A stretch of DNA of 64,000 bases from Calditrichaceae bacterium (lineage in GTDB: Bacteria > Calditrichota > Calditrichia > Calditrichales > JBFXGD01): the NCBI GenBank assembly GCA_050173015.1, contig JBFXLE010000002.1, positions 96,001-160,000 on the forward strand, written 5' to 3'. A program made the translations under genes and the position numbers. Under the pieces are notes generated by a model. It was not told where the DNA came from and made no database searches. It saw nothing but the letters and a program-made list of their open reading frames with translations. Position 1 is the stretch's first letter, and each line of letters begins with the position of its first letter. Positions 9,879-19,640 of the stretch are shown one piece after another.

Positions 9879-10703
9879 ATGAAATCTTTGATAAAAAAAA
9901 TCAGCCTATATATTATAATTCTACTGATTTGTATCTGGATTATCGCACCATATTTATGGCAGCTGCTGACTTCTTTCACACCAACATCGGAAATTGCCAA
10001 GTTACCACCGCTGATGCCTTCACGAATCGATATCACTCATTATGCCGCTGTTCTGAATGATATTAATTTCAGACATTTTATCATAAATAGTTTTATTGTC
10101 GCCACCATAACCGCTTTGTTTTCAATCGCCTTAGGTTCCATGGCATCCTTCGCTACCGCAAAACTCAAGTTTAGATTTAAACCGCTGGTTTTAAGTATTA
10201 TCCTCGCCGTATCAATGTTCCCACCGATTGCCATTGTGAGTCCATTGTATCTGATGATCCGATACGCGCAGCTGAGAGATACATATCTTGCGCTGATTTT
10301 ACCATATACATCATTTGCATTGCCATTTATGGTCTGGACTCTCCATAACTTTTTTCGGGAGATACCTGATGAAATTCTTGACGCGGGAAAAATTGACGGA
10401 TGCAACACAGGGCAATTATATTCAAAAATAATTATTCCGCTTACGCGACCGGCCATATTTACAACGGGAATACTTGTTTTTATTTTTGCGTGGAATGAGT
10501 TTATTTTCGCGTTGACTTTCACATCCACACCATCAGCGCAAACCATACCGGTTGGGATCGCCCTGTTTCCGGGTATTTATGAGGTTCCATGGGGTGACAT
10601 CGCCGCCGCATCCATAGTAATTACGCTGCCATTGATAATCCTGGTGATGATATTGCAGAAATATATAATTTCAGGTTTGCTCTCAGGATCAGTTAAAGGA
10701 TAA
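9879..10703 (+). CDS. Carbohydrate ABC transporter permease (MalG/SugB-like)
   Basis: Six hydrophobic segments, EAA loop (IPDEILDAGKIDG), AWNEF, SGSVKG end; ATG at 9879 preferred over 9855. Confidence 0.88.
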   Translation: MKSLIKKISLYIIILLICIWIIAPYLWQLLTSFTPTSEIAKLPPLMPSRIDITHYAAVLNDINFRHFIINSFIVATITALFSIALGSMASFATAKLKFRFKPLVLSIILAVSMFPPIAIVSPLYLMIRYAQLRDTYLALILPYTSFALPFMVWTLHNFFREIPDEILDAGKIDGCNTGQLYSKIIIPLTRPAIFTTGILVFIFAWNEFIFALTFTSTPSAQTIPVGIALFPGIYEVPWGDIAAASIVITLPLIILVMILQKYIISGLLSGSVKG

Positions 10704-10913
10704 GGCCGAAAACATCACATTTGGAGTCATTGAAGCAGATTGTTAATCCGGATTCTGAATTCCCGAAATAAAACACATGAGGATATGAGGACATAATGAT
10801 AAAGGCATCACGATTGAATGACAACAAATAAATTGTTCTTATAAAATAAATTGTTTCATAATCATTTTTTTTTATATTTGTAGGACCGCAAATATTGATG
10901 AGGTAAAGTTTTT

Positions 10914-11396
10914 ATGGATTTAAAAATCGTAAAAATCGATAAACCTGAAGATATGAACTTCATATTAGGCCATTCCCATTTTATAAAAACCGTTGAAGAT
11001 ATTCACGAAGCAGTCATGAACGTTAATCCTTCCATAAAATTCGGTCTGGCGTTTTGTGAAGCTTCTCAGGAGGCGCTTGTACGATTCAGCGGGACGGATG
11101 ATGATTTAATCGAGTTAGCCAAGAAAAACGCGCTTAATTTAAGCGCCGGACACAGTTTTATACTGTTTCTCGGAAATGCTTTTCCGGTAAATGTGCTGAA
11201 TACCATCAAAATGGTGCCGGAAGTAACGAGAATATTTTGCGCGACCGCAAATCCTGTGGAAGTTATCCTGGCTGAAACCGGACAGGGGAGAGCTATTTTA
11301 GGCGTCGTTGACGGCATGAAGACAAAAGGTATTGAACAGGAAAAAGATATCAAAAAAAGAAAAGATTTCCTGCGAATGATCGGATATAAATTTTGA
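10914..11396 (+). CDS. Adenosine-specific kinase family protein (DUF355/COG1839)
   Basis: NFILGHSHFIKTVED, FGLAFCEAS, AGHSF, CATANP, GVVDG, LRMIGYK family signatures. Confidence 0.88.
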   Translation: MDLKIVKIDKPEDMNFILGHSHFIKTVEDIHEAVMNVNPSIKFGLAFCEASQEALVRFSGTDDDLIELAKKNALNLSAGHSFILFLGNAFPVNVLNTIKMVPEVTRIFCATANPVEVILAETGQGRAILGVVDGMKTKGIEQEKDIKKRKDFLRMIGYKF

Positions 11397-11425
11397 GAAC
11401 ATGGCACGGTAATTCCGGGGAGTGA

Positions 11426-12046
11426 ATGGAAAATCTCTTAGACCTATATGAATTCTACATCCAAACGCAGCCATCATCGGGTAAAGTAAAAACTGCAACG
11501 ACAATGCTTATTCATGTGTGTAAAGCTCTTGATGTAAATGCTCCTGAAGAAGTAACCGTCGATTTATTTGAAGAAATACCACGCGCTATAGGCGAATTTT
11601 ATCAGTCATCCCCGGGTAAAGCGCTGCACGATAAAAGTGTGCTTGCGGAAATGATCGGTCATTACGGTCCAAGAGACGGATGGGAAAAACCTTTTGAATA
11701 TCTGCTAAATGATCCCGATGAAAACCTGCGTCAGTTCACATTATCTGCCCTGCAGTTTTACGGAGAAACGCATAGCGAATCGATTATTCCGTATATCGAA
11801 AGGTATAAAAACTCTGAAAACCAGCTCATTAAAGATGTAACCGCCAATCTCGTGGGAAAGCTGTTATGTTCAGAACATTCCGAGCCCCTGAAAATGAGAC
11901 TAAAAGAATGGGCGGAGAACGGTGACCGGGAATTTATAGATAATGTAGGCAGATTTCTGGAGAATCAACTCAGCAGAAATGAAAACATCACTAACACGGA
12001 TATAGGCGAGTGGTTCCGGGTTATGTTTGAGGACCATACTAAATAA
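11426..12046 (+). CDS. Hypothetical protein with C-terminal HEAT-like repeats
   Basis: 206 aa ORF with GGGGAG RBS; HEAT-like LLNDPDENLRQFTLSAL segment. Confidence 0.6.
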   Translation: MENLLDLYEFYIQTQPSSGKVKTATTMLIHVCKALDVNAPEEVTVDLFEEIPRAIGEFYQSSPGKALHDKSVLAEMIGHYGPRDGWEKPFEYLLNDPDENLRQFTLSALQFYGETHSESIIPYIERYKNSENQLIKDVTANLVGKLLCSEHSEPLKMRLKEWAENGDREFIDNVGRFLENQLSRNENITNTDIGEWFRVMFEDHTK

Positions 12047-12080
12047 AACGCAATTATAATGCAGCTCAACCGGTATAACG

Positions 12081-13052
12081 ATGAATTCAATCACAAATAA
12101 AATCATATATGTCATGTCTCTGACGTTTCTGGTCTCCTGTTATCAAATGCCCGGAGAAAAAGAGCCGCCAAAAATCGAAGATACGGGCTATCAGTTTTAT
12201 TCAATGGCTTATGCTTCCTATCAGGCCGGGCAATTTGATAAGGCTTTGGAGCAAATTGATAAAGCTATCCGGTTGAACAGGTATATTGCTAAATTTTTTC
12301 ATCTTAAAGGTGATATATTCATTGCAAAAAAAGACCCGGATAAAGCGCTTACCGCCTATGAGCAGGCGGTGTCGTTAAGGTCTTTCAGCCCCGATATTTT
12401 GGAAAAGATGGCACAAATTTATATCGAAAAAGGTCAGTTTGCCGACGCGATACAGAGCAAGAAAAAAGTTCTTGTTAACCGGCCGGAAAAATATGACCAG
12501 CATCTTGATATTTCAGAGCTCTATTTAAAACTCAACCAATCAGATTTTGCCATGAATTCCGCGGGAGTTTATAAAAAAGAGATCACCGAAAAAAAATTAA
12601 TTCTAAGCGGCAGATATTTCCAGATCATGGGCCGGATATATTATGCGAAAATTGATTATGAAAATTCTATTATCTTTTATTTAAAAGCAGTTCAAACCGG
12701 ATTCAGTCTGGAGCCCGGCGATAATCAAAAATTTTTGTTTTCATATTTCGGGTTAAAACAGTATGAAAACGCGTATAATTATCTTCTGCGGTTAAAACCG
12801 GAAAACCTGCCGGAAGCGGATATTCATTTTTTCAGAGGATTATATTACTATAACAAACAGAATTATAAAGACGCTCAAACGCAGCTGGAACTTTCTCTGC
12901 AAAAAAAGACCGGTATCAATAAAGTCTATCTTTACCTCGCCAAAACCTACCTTAAAGTTGGAAAAAACACCGATTCGGATACCATGTTTGATGTTTATAA
13001 AAAAATAACCGGGTTCGATTCATGGAATGATGAATTCAGCGTTAATAATTAA
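12081..13052 (+). CDS. TPR-repeat lipoprotein
   Basis: Signal peptide with lipobox LVSC; repeated TPR patterns (A..Y..G...KA..., Y..LA..Y). Confidence 0.75.
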   Translation: MNSITNKIIYVMSLTFLVSCYQMPGEKEPPKIEDTGYQFYSMAYASYQAGQFDKALEQIDKAIRLNRYIAKFFHLKGDIFIAKKDPDKALTAYEQAVSLRSFSPDILEKMAQIYIEKGQFADAIQSKKKVLVNRPEKYDQHLDISELYLKLNQSDFAMNSAGVYKKEITEKKLILSGRYFQIMGRIYYAKIDYENSIIFYLKAVQTGFSLEPGDNQKFLFSYFGLKQYENAYNYLLRLKPENLPEADIHFFRGLYYYNKQNYKDAQTQLELSLQKKTGINKVYLYLAKTYLKVGKNTDSDTMFDVYKKITGFDSWNDEFSVNN

Positions 13053-13146
13053 TTGAGAATTTTATCATCTCTTACAATCTGACGATCCTATCCAAACCAG
13101 ATAATTTTTTCACAATTCTATCATTTTTTATTCTGTCAGGAAGTAC

Positions 13147-13175
13147 TTGGAATATTGTTTAAATATTTTTAGATT
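13147..13175 (+). promoter_or_regulatory. Putative sigma70-type promoter for the mutM operon
   Basis: TTGGAA-17 bp-TAGATT, 47 bp upstream of the ATG. Confidence 0.35.
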
Positions 13176-13222
13176 ATATTTTTATTTATCATTGATTTAA
13201 CAGAGATTATTACGATACTGAT

Positions 13223-14023
13223 ATGCCAGAATTACCAGAAGTCGAAACAGTCGCGGGTGAACTCAGATCCTTGGTTACAGGAAAAGTGATTGGCGATGTC
13301 AGGCCTTTTTGGGCTAAATCATTTCAAAACAAGTCTCAGGAACCGTTGACCGGCCAAAGGATTGAATCAATAGGACGTAAGGGAAAATACCTTATATTTC
13401 GGCTTTCGAATACGTTCTTAATTATTCATTTACGAATGACCGGCCAGCTTATTTATCAAACTAATACAAGTAGTATGTCAGAAAATCATGTTCGGGCTAA
13501 AATCAACTTTGATGACGGGAGTTCATTGAATTTTAAAGACACCCGTAAGTTCGGACGGATTTATCACGTGGATCACGATGAATCGTTTCTGGAGAAGGTG
13601 GGTTGTGATGCTCTCGATCCGAAAATGGACGTCGGTACATTTACAAAATTATTGACGCTCAGCAGGATGAGTATAAAAGCATTTCTTCTTTCTCAGAAAT
13701 ATATTTCGGGGCTCGGTAATATTTACGTTGATGAATCTCTTTTTCGGGCAGGGATCCATCCCGCGGCATCAGCGGCGGAAATTTCTGCTCAAAGCGCGGG
13801 AGAACTTTTTCGGGTTCTTCAGCAAGTTTTGAGAGCGGCTGTAAAAAATATGGGAACTACAATATCCGACTATCGGGATGCTTTTGGGAATTCAGGTAAT
13901 AATCAGCGTTTTTTGAAAGTTTACGGAAGACAAGGCTTACCCTGTAATGTATGCGGCACCCCGGTAAAGAAAATCAAATTGGCGGGAAGAGGAACTCATT
14001 TTTGTCCGATGTGTCAAACCTGA
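13223..14023 (+). CDS. mutM: Formamidopyrimidine-DNA glycosylase
   Basis: MPELPEVE N-terminus, RKGKYL, HLRMTG, GLGNIYVDE, C-terminal zinc finger CNVC..RGTHFCPMCQ. Confidence 0.97.
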   Translation: MPELPEVETVAGELRSLVTGKVIGDVRPFWAKSFQNKSQEPLTGQRIESIGRKGKYLIFRLSNTFLIIHLRMTGQLIYQTNTSSMSENHVRAKINFDDGSSLNFKDTRKFGRIYHVDHDESFLEKVGCDALDPKMDVGTFTKLLTLSRMSIKAFLLSQKYISGLGNIYVDESLFRAGIHPAASAAEISAQSAGELFRVLQQVLRAAVKNMGTTISDYRDAFGNSGNNQRFLKVYGRQGLPCNVCGTPVKKIKLAGRGTHFCPMCQT

Positions 14024-14040
14024 AAATGAGGATTAACAGA

Positions 14041-14835
14041 ATGGAAGATAGACAAATTGTAACTTTTTTGAGTGATTTTGGAACACTTGACGGCTATGCC
14101 GGCAGTGTCAAAGGCGTCATAAAATCACTCGCGCCGGCTGCTGAAATCATTGATATCACGCATGAAATTGCCGCCTTTGATATAAATGCCGCGGCATTCA
14201 CGCTGATGAATTTCTACTCTTATTACCCAAAGGATACCGTTCACCTCGCGGTGGTCGATCCCGGAGTTGGCGGGGCGCGCCGCGCTTTAATAATCCGGAC
14301 CGCCCATCATACCTTTGTCGGTCCTGATAATGGTATTTTTAAGTATATCCTGTCCAGGGAGGCATACACATCCTACGAAATAGATATCAATAAAATATCC
14401 GGTGGGGCCGAAAGTTCGACTTTTCATGCCAGGGATATCTTTGCTCCCGTTGTGGCGAAACTGTTAAAAGGCGTACCCATGCACAAACTTGGACGAAAAC
14501 TGGATAACAGGACGGAAATGCCTCATGCTTTTTTTGCAAAAGAAGGCGGAGAGTTAGCTGTTGAACCCATCGCCATCGATCGGTTCGGGAATATTATTAC
14601 CGGTTTTTCAAGAGCGGATCTGTTCAGGCTAAAAAAGGAAAAAATAACATCAATCACGACAAAAAAGTTTAAAACATCGGAGATAAACAGATATTATACT
14701 GAAAAAGAACCTGGAGAGCTTTTAGCCTTATGGAACAGTCAAAATTATCTTGAAATAGCTGTTTGCAGAGGGAGTGCCAGGGAAATACTGGATTTCAATC
14801 CTGTCAAAGACAGAATTTATTTAAAATTTGAATAG
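14041..14835 (+). CDS. SAM hydroxide adenosyltransferase (DUF62, SAM hydrolase family)
   Basis: SDFG, DITH, VVDPGVG..RR, GPDNG, TFHARDIF, DRFGN; ATG 14041 has a GAGGA RBS. Confidence 0.9.
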   Translation: MEDRQIVTFLSDFGTLDGYAGSVKGVIKSLAPAAEIIDITHEIAAFDINAAAFTLMNFYSYYPKDTVHLAVVDPGVGGARRALIIRTAHHTFVGPDNGIFKYILSREAYTSYEIDINKISGGAESSTFHARDIFAPVVAKLLKGVPMHKLGRKLDNRTEMPHAFFAKEGGELAVEPIAIDRFGNIITGFSRADLFRLKKEKITSITTKKFKTSEINRYYTEKEPGELLALWNSQNYLEIAVCRGSAREILDFNPVKDRIYLKFE

Positions 14836-14859
14836 ATAAGGATTTATCTCAATACCGCC

Positions 14860-15810
14860 ATGAATAAACTGATTAAATATTTCAGAAAAAATTATAAGAT
14901 GCTCATGTCGTCCTTTATCCTGGCTTTTATTCTTTGGTTCGCGGTCACTACGGATAAGGAATACACTTATAAAATAGAAATACCTCTGAAAATCAACCGC
15001 GTTGCAAAAGACAGAGTTTTAAAGGAACTTCCTCCGGAAAAAGCGGTTGTGGAAGTTCGGGGTAAGGGCCGGTCACTCTTCAGTCTCTATTTTTACAATC
15101 CGGAAGTGGAACTTGATCTGCCGGAGGTGAATAATTCGACAACGATTCATCTAAAGGACTATATCAATCATTTTAATTTACCAATGGAATTTGGCGTTCG
15201 CATCATTGATGTCATCGAACCCAAAAACATCGAGTTACAGGTCGACCGTTTCGCGGAAATGATCAAATATATAAGCGTCAGCAGCGTTATAAAAACACAA
15301 CCGGGCTATGTATTGATGAACACAACTCCATCACAAGATTCAGTTATCGTCTCGGGGCCCATATCACTGATCAGGGAGCTAAAGGAAATTTCGACCGATA
15401 CTTTTTCAGTCGATAATGTTAAATATCCCTTTAAACGGAAGCAGCGACTTATCTCTCCCAATCCAAATGTGATTCATCTGGAGCCGTCTGAAATCGAAGT
15501 GAATTATAACATTGAGCAATTAGTTGAAAGAAAAATCTATAATATTCCAATTCAATTTGTGGGGCTTCCCGATAACCTTCTCGCGGAATCGACACCCGCG
15601 ATGATTTCCCTGAAAGTCAAGGGTGGGGAAAGTATAATAGCAGCTATAACACCGGATGAAATTTCCGCCACTTTCAATTTTACAAAAAATTATAAAGTCG
15701 GCAAGATAAAATATCCGGTCGAAATCGAAACGCCGCTCAATGTAAGCTGGCTGGAAGCCAGTCCTCAATTTTTTGAGCTGAAGTTAAAGAAGAAAGAAAG
15801 TAACTTATGA
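14860..15810 (+). CDS. YbbR/CdaR-like domain membrane protein
   Basis: N-terminal anchor (SFILAFILWFAV) followed by repeated beta-rich YbbR-like units (V.V.G, P..V.VSGP). Confidence 0.75.
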   Translation: MNKLIKYFRKNYKMLMSSFILAFILWFAVTTDKEYTYKIEIPLKINRVAKDRVLKELPPEKAVVEVRGKGRSLFSLYFYNPEVELDLPEVNNSTTIHLKDYINHFNLPMEFGVRIIDVIEPKNIELQVDRFAEMIKYISVSSVIKTQPGYVLMNTTPSQDSVIVSGPISLIRELKEISTDTFSVDNVKYPFKRKQRLISPNPNVIHLEPSEIEVNYNIEQLVERKIYNIPIQFVGLPDNLLAESTPAMISLKVKGGESIIAAITPDEISATFNFTKNYKVGKIKYPVEIETPLNVSWLEASPQFFELKLKKKESNL

Positions 15811-16814
15811 TCGTTCTGGGTGTAGAAACATCCTGTGATGAAACATCCGCGGCGGTAATAGAAGATAACCGGGTATTATCCTCAGTGATCTCCTCTCAGG
15901 AAATACATTCTCAATTTGGCGGAGTGGTACCGGAACTTGCGTCGCGCGCGCATGTGCGTCTGATTGTTCCGATCGTCGAAAAGGCCGTAGCCGAATCCGG
16001 TTTGCCGAAAGACGAAATCGACGGATTCTCCGTGACTCACGGACCCGGACTTGTGGGGGCGCTGCTTGTAGGCGTGAATTTTGTCAAGGGATTGTCACTC
16101 GCGCTGAAGAAGCCTTTTGTAGGTGTGAACCATATCGAAGGACATATTTATGGAAATATTCTTTCGCAAAAGGAGGTCCGTTTTCCGATCATTTTTCTAA
16201 TCGTTTCGGGGGGACATACCCAAATTGTGCTTATGAAGGACCATTTGCGGTATGAGATCCTTGGCAAAACACGTGATGATGCTGTTGGGGAAGCGTTTGA
16301 CAAGGGAGCAAAAATGCTTGGGCTCGGATATCCGGGTGGTCCTCTCATTGATCAACTGGCAAAAAACGGTGATCCGCAGAAAGTTAGTTTTCCACGGGCA
16401 TTTTTAAAAAATACGGATTTTGAATTTAGTTACAGCGGTTTAAAAACATCCCTGTTGACCTATATAGAACAAAATGGTGTTGAATACATCAACGCGAACA
16501 TTCATGATATCTGCGCTTCTTATCAGGCGGCAGCAGTAGAAGTCCTTGTAAAAAAAACTATAAAGGCTGCAAAAATACATAATGCGAAACAAATTGGTAT
16601 CGCGGGCGGTGTGGCAGCGAATTCACTGTTAAGAAAATGGCTGGGTGAGGAAAGTGTGAAATCGGGTTTTGATCTTTATCTGCCGGATCTTAAATATTGC
16701 ACAGATAATGCCGCGATGATTGCCAGAGCCGGGCTGGAATATTTAAAGAGAAATATACATTCGGACCAGACTTTAAATGCTTATCCCGCGCTAAAACTAA
16801 AATCTCAATCCTGA
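15807..16814 (+). CDS. tsaD: tRNA threonylcarbamoyltransferase subunit TsaD
   Basis: LGVETSCDET, GGVVPELASRAH, HIEGH, VSGGHT, DDAVGEAFDK, TDNAAMIA; ATGA overlap with the upstream gene. Confidence 0.97.
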   Translation: MIVLGVETSCDETSAAVIEDNRVLSSVISSQEIHSQFGGVVPELASRAHVRLIVPIVEKAVAESGLPKDEIDGFSVTHGPGLVGALLVGVNFVKGLSLALKKPFVGVNHIEGHIYGNILSQKEVRFPIIFLIVSGGHTQIVLMKDHLRYEILGKTRDDAVGEAFDKGAKMLGLGYPGGPLIDQLAKNGDPQKVSFPRAFLKNTDFEFSYSGLKTSLLTYIEQNGVEYINANIHDICASYQAAAVEVLVKKTIKAAKIHNAKQIGIAGGVAANSLLRKWLGEESVKSGFDLYLPDLKYCTDNAAMIARAGLEYLKRNIHSDQTLNAYPALKLKSQS

Positions 16815-16822
16815 TAGCGAAA

Positions 16823-18958
16823 ATGCAGAATCTTTTTCCTGAACTTATCAGACTTAATATTCCCTTTATCGTCCTGATTTTTCTGCTGGCGCTTTCTGTC
16901 CTCGCGGCGGTGTGGTTGTACAGAACAACGACGCCGCCAAGCAGCTCAAAAGTAAAATTTATTCTGGGGACACTGAGAGCAGCTGTTCTGTTTATTCTTC
17001 TGTTATTGTTTTTTTCCCCCCGTCTGTTTATTCGAAATTCAGAAACCAAAACTGAAGAAATATCAATCTATGTAGATAATTCAGCTTCTATGAAGGGCTC
17101 CGAAAGTGATCCTGAACGCTGGAAACAAGTTCTGGAAACAGCGAAACATCTAAAAAACCGGTTGGGTGAACAGGCTTCACTTCACTGGTACCGGTTTGCT
17201 TCAGAGACGGAGCCGGTTCTTCCGGATACTTTATCGATTAGCAACTCCGGGACTAATTTTTCGAATTTAATGAATCAGATTAACAGATTAGGCGGCGGAC
17301 AGGTATTTGTTATCAGTGATGGGAACATGACCGAAGGAGAGTCACCGCTCTCTGAAAGCCGTAAAAGTTCAGTTACTATACATACGATCGGGATCGGCAG
17401 AGAAGATTCAGGCGAGGATGTTCTTATCTCAAACGTGATCTTTAAACCGGTTGTTTATCAGGATAGTGAGCAGCAAATTGAGGTGATAATCAGCAATAAC
17501 AGTGTCAGCGGTCAAAGCCTTAATCTGAAACTAAGTTCAAACGGAAGATTAATTTCGACCAGAAAGATTACGATTGAAAATCCTAACACTGAGCAGAATG
17601 TGATTTTTAATTATACTCCCGGGGAGAACGGGCCGCATAAGTTTGAATTGAATCTTGATGGTTTTGCAGGTGAAAAAAACTCTGTAAATAATCATTTTGT
17701 GTTCGTACAGGATGTTCTGAAGAGTAAATTGAGAATTGGTATATTTGCGGGTTCGGTAGGATATGAGAGTAAATTTATCAAGTTGTTGCTGGATCGGCTG
17801 ATCAATGTGGAAACGTATCTGTTCGTTGAAGATAATACCGGAGATTATATTCAGTCACCCAATCTCCAATTTATTGACAGTCTCGATATTATAATATTTC
17901 AGGACTATCCGGGAAGATTTACCCGCGCGTCTTCGATAGAAAGACTTTCTTCAACGATGAGAAAAAATCAGCCCGCGTTTATTGTCTTCATAGGAGAGAA
18001 TACAAGTCTCAATTCACTTGATTTGTTCTCGGATTATCTGCCCTTCATCAGCGCGCCTGACAGGATGAGTCCAATCGCGATAACCGTAGGTGAGGGTTCC
18101 GTTGATTTAAGCAACGCTCTGACAAATGTGTTTCCTGAACCGGCAAAAAACAGCCTGTTTTGGAATAAAATTCCGCCTGTTATGCTTTCAGCGTATACTT
18201 CCAAATTAAAGCCAAAGGCAAAAATTCCTATTACAGGGAGCGGTGATCAGTCAGGATACAATATTCTGACAACATTTGACGAGCCACCGGTCAAATCCGC
18301 GGTTCTGAACGGCTCCGGTTTCTGGAAATGGCATTTTCTTATTCAGGACAGAGAGGATATCAAAGTGGGTTATAAAAATTTTTTGTCACATTTAATCCGT
18401 TGGGCATCTAATAAGAAAATGATTAAGCCGGTCAATCTTGAAATTTCCGGAACCGAATTCTATCTGGGCAAAAGGATTGACATTACCGGCCATTTATACA
18501 GCCCAGAATACAGGCCAATTACAGATGGAAGTTTGACTTTAAAAATTGAATGGGAAAAGCAGAATTTTACTATCGAAACAGAAAATGACAGTTCCGGTAA
18601 CTATACGGCGCATTTTATGCCGCCTGGGGAGGGAAGATACAGGATTACCGGGAACGGATATTTAAACGGGGTGGAACTTGGCTCAGATATGACAGAAATT
18701 GAGTTGATCCCATTTGAGAAGGAGTACCTGAAAACAGGTCAAAATTCTGATTTTTTAAGAAAATTATCAAAGATGGGAAACGGAATTTATGCCCCTGCCG
18801 AGAGAGTTGACTCTCTTCTCAGCATCATTGATACGGCTCCAAAAACAGTAAAGAATGACCGCGAAATAGATTTGTGGTACAAGCCTTTTATACTCTTTCT
18901 CATTATTGGGATCATAGTGTTAGAGTGGTTATTAAGAAAGAAATATTCATTGGTATAA
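16823..18958 (+). CDS. Membrane-anchored VWA-domain protein
   Basis: Two N-terminal TM helices, MIDAS-like VDNSASM...T...SDG, Ig-like and GATase-like regions, C-terminal TM with EWLLRKK. Confidence 0.7.
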   Translation: MQNLFPELIRLNIPFIVLIFLLALSVLAAVWLYRTTTPPSSSKVKFILGTLRAAVLFILLLLFFSPRLFIRNSETKTEEISIYVDNSASMKGSESDPERWKQVLETAKHLKNRLGEQASLHWYRFASETEPVLPDTLSISNSGTNFSNLMNQINRLGGGQVFVISDGNMTEGESPLSESRKSSVTIHTIGIGREDSGEDVLISNVIFKPVVYQDSEQQIEVIISNNSVSGQSLNLKLSSNGRLISTRKITIENPNTEQNVIFNYTPGENGPHKFELNLDGFAGEKNSVNNHFVFVQDVLKSKLRIGIFAGSVGYESKFIKLLLDRLINVETYLFVEDNTGDYIQSPNLQFIDSLDIIIFQDYPGRFTRASSIERLSSTMRKNQPAFIVFIGENTSLNSLDLFSDYLPFISAPDRMSPIAITVGEGSVDLSNALTNVFPEPAKNSLFWNKIPPVMLSAYTSKLKPKAKIPITGSGDQSGYNILTTFDEPPVKSAVLNGSGFWKWHFLIQDREDIKVGYKNFLSHLIRWASNKKMIKPVNLEISGTEFYLGKRIDITGHLYSPEYRPITDGSLTLKIEWEKQNFTIETENDSSGNYTAHFMPPGEGRYRITGNGYLNGVELGSDMTEIELIPFEKEYLKTGQNSDFLRKLSKMGNGIYAPAERVDSLLSIIDTAPKTVKNDREIDLWYKPFILFLIIGIIVLEWLLRKKYSLV

Positions 18959-18974
18959 TCTGCCGGGGTAAGAG

Positions 18975-19619
18975 ATGCCGGAAAATAGTAAACGGAATAG
19001 ATTTAATGAGATTGCTACCGTCTGGGATGAGAGTCCGCGAAGGATTCAGACGGCAAACGCCGTATTTAAAGCAATTTTGAATGACGTCCCGCTTGCTAAA
19101 GAAATGAATATACTGGACTTTGGGTGTGGGACAGGACTTGTTGCCATCCCAATCCAACCATACGTAAATTCGGTTACGGCGGTGGATAACTCAGCCGGTA
19201 TGCTGAATGTTTTACGCGAAAAAATCGAGAACCGGAAAATAAAAAATATTCAAACCGTGCTGATAAACGACAATACCGTGTCCCTACCTGATGAAAAATT
19301 TGACCTTATCATGAGCAGCCTGACCCTGCACCATATACACGATTACCAAAATTTACTTTCGAAAATGTTTCATCTGTTAAATCCGGGCGCATACATCTGC
19401 ATTGCCGATCTGGAAAAAGAAGAAGGTGATTTTCATGATGAAAATACCGAGGCGGTTCATCACGGTTTCGATCCGGAAATCCTTAAAGAAAATTTAACGG
19501 AAATCGGATATCAATCGATCACTTATAAAAGAATTTACACCATTACAAAAGAGACAAAAGAAGGAAAACTGAAAAAATTTCCGCTCTTTCTAATCATCGC
19601 GCGGAATCCACTGACCTGA
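18975..19619 (+). CDS. Class I SAM-dependent methyltransferase
   Basis: Motif I LDFGCGTG, VDNSAGML, FDLI..LTLHH, LNPG. Confidence 0.9.
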   Translation: MPENSKRNRFNEIATVWDESPRRIQTANAVFKAILNDVPLAKEMNILDFGCGTGLVAIPIQPYVNSVTAVDNSAGMLNVLREKIENRKIKNIQTVLINDNTVSLPDEKFDLIMSSLTLHHIHDYQNLLSKMFHLLNPGAYICIADLEKEEGDFHDENTEAVHHGFDPEILKENLTEIGYQSITYKRIYTITKETKEGKLKKFPLFLIIARNPLT

Positions 19620-19640
19620 CAAGAGGAGAGGACCTGTTCC

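Noticed and set aside
14041-14835. Possible SAM-dependent fluorinase/chlorinase
   Set aside because: It retains the Asp/Arg/His residues typical of DUF62 hydrolases and sits in a housekeeping context with no halometabolite genes
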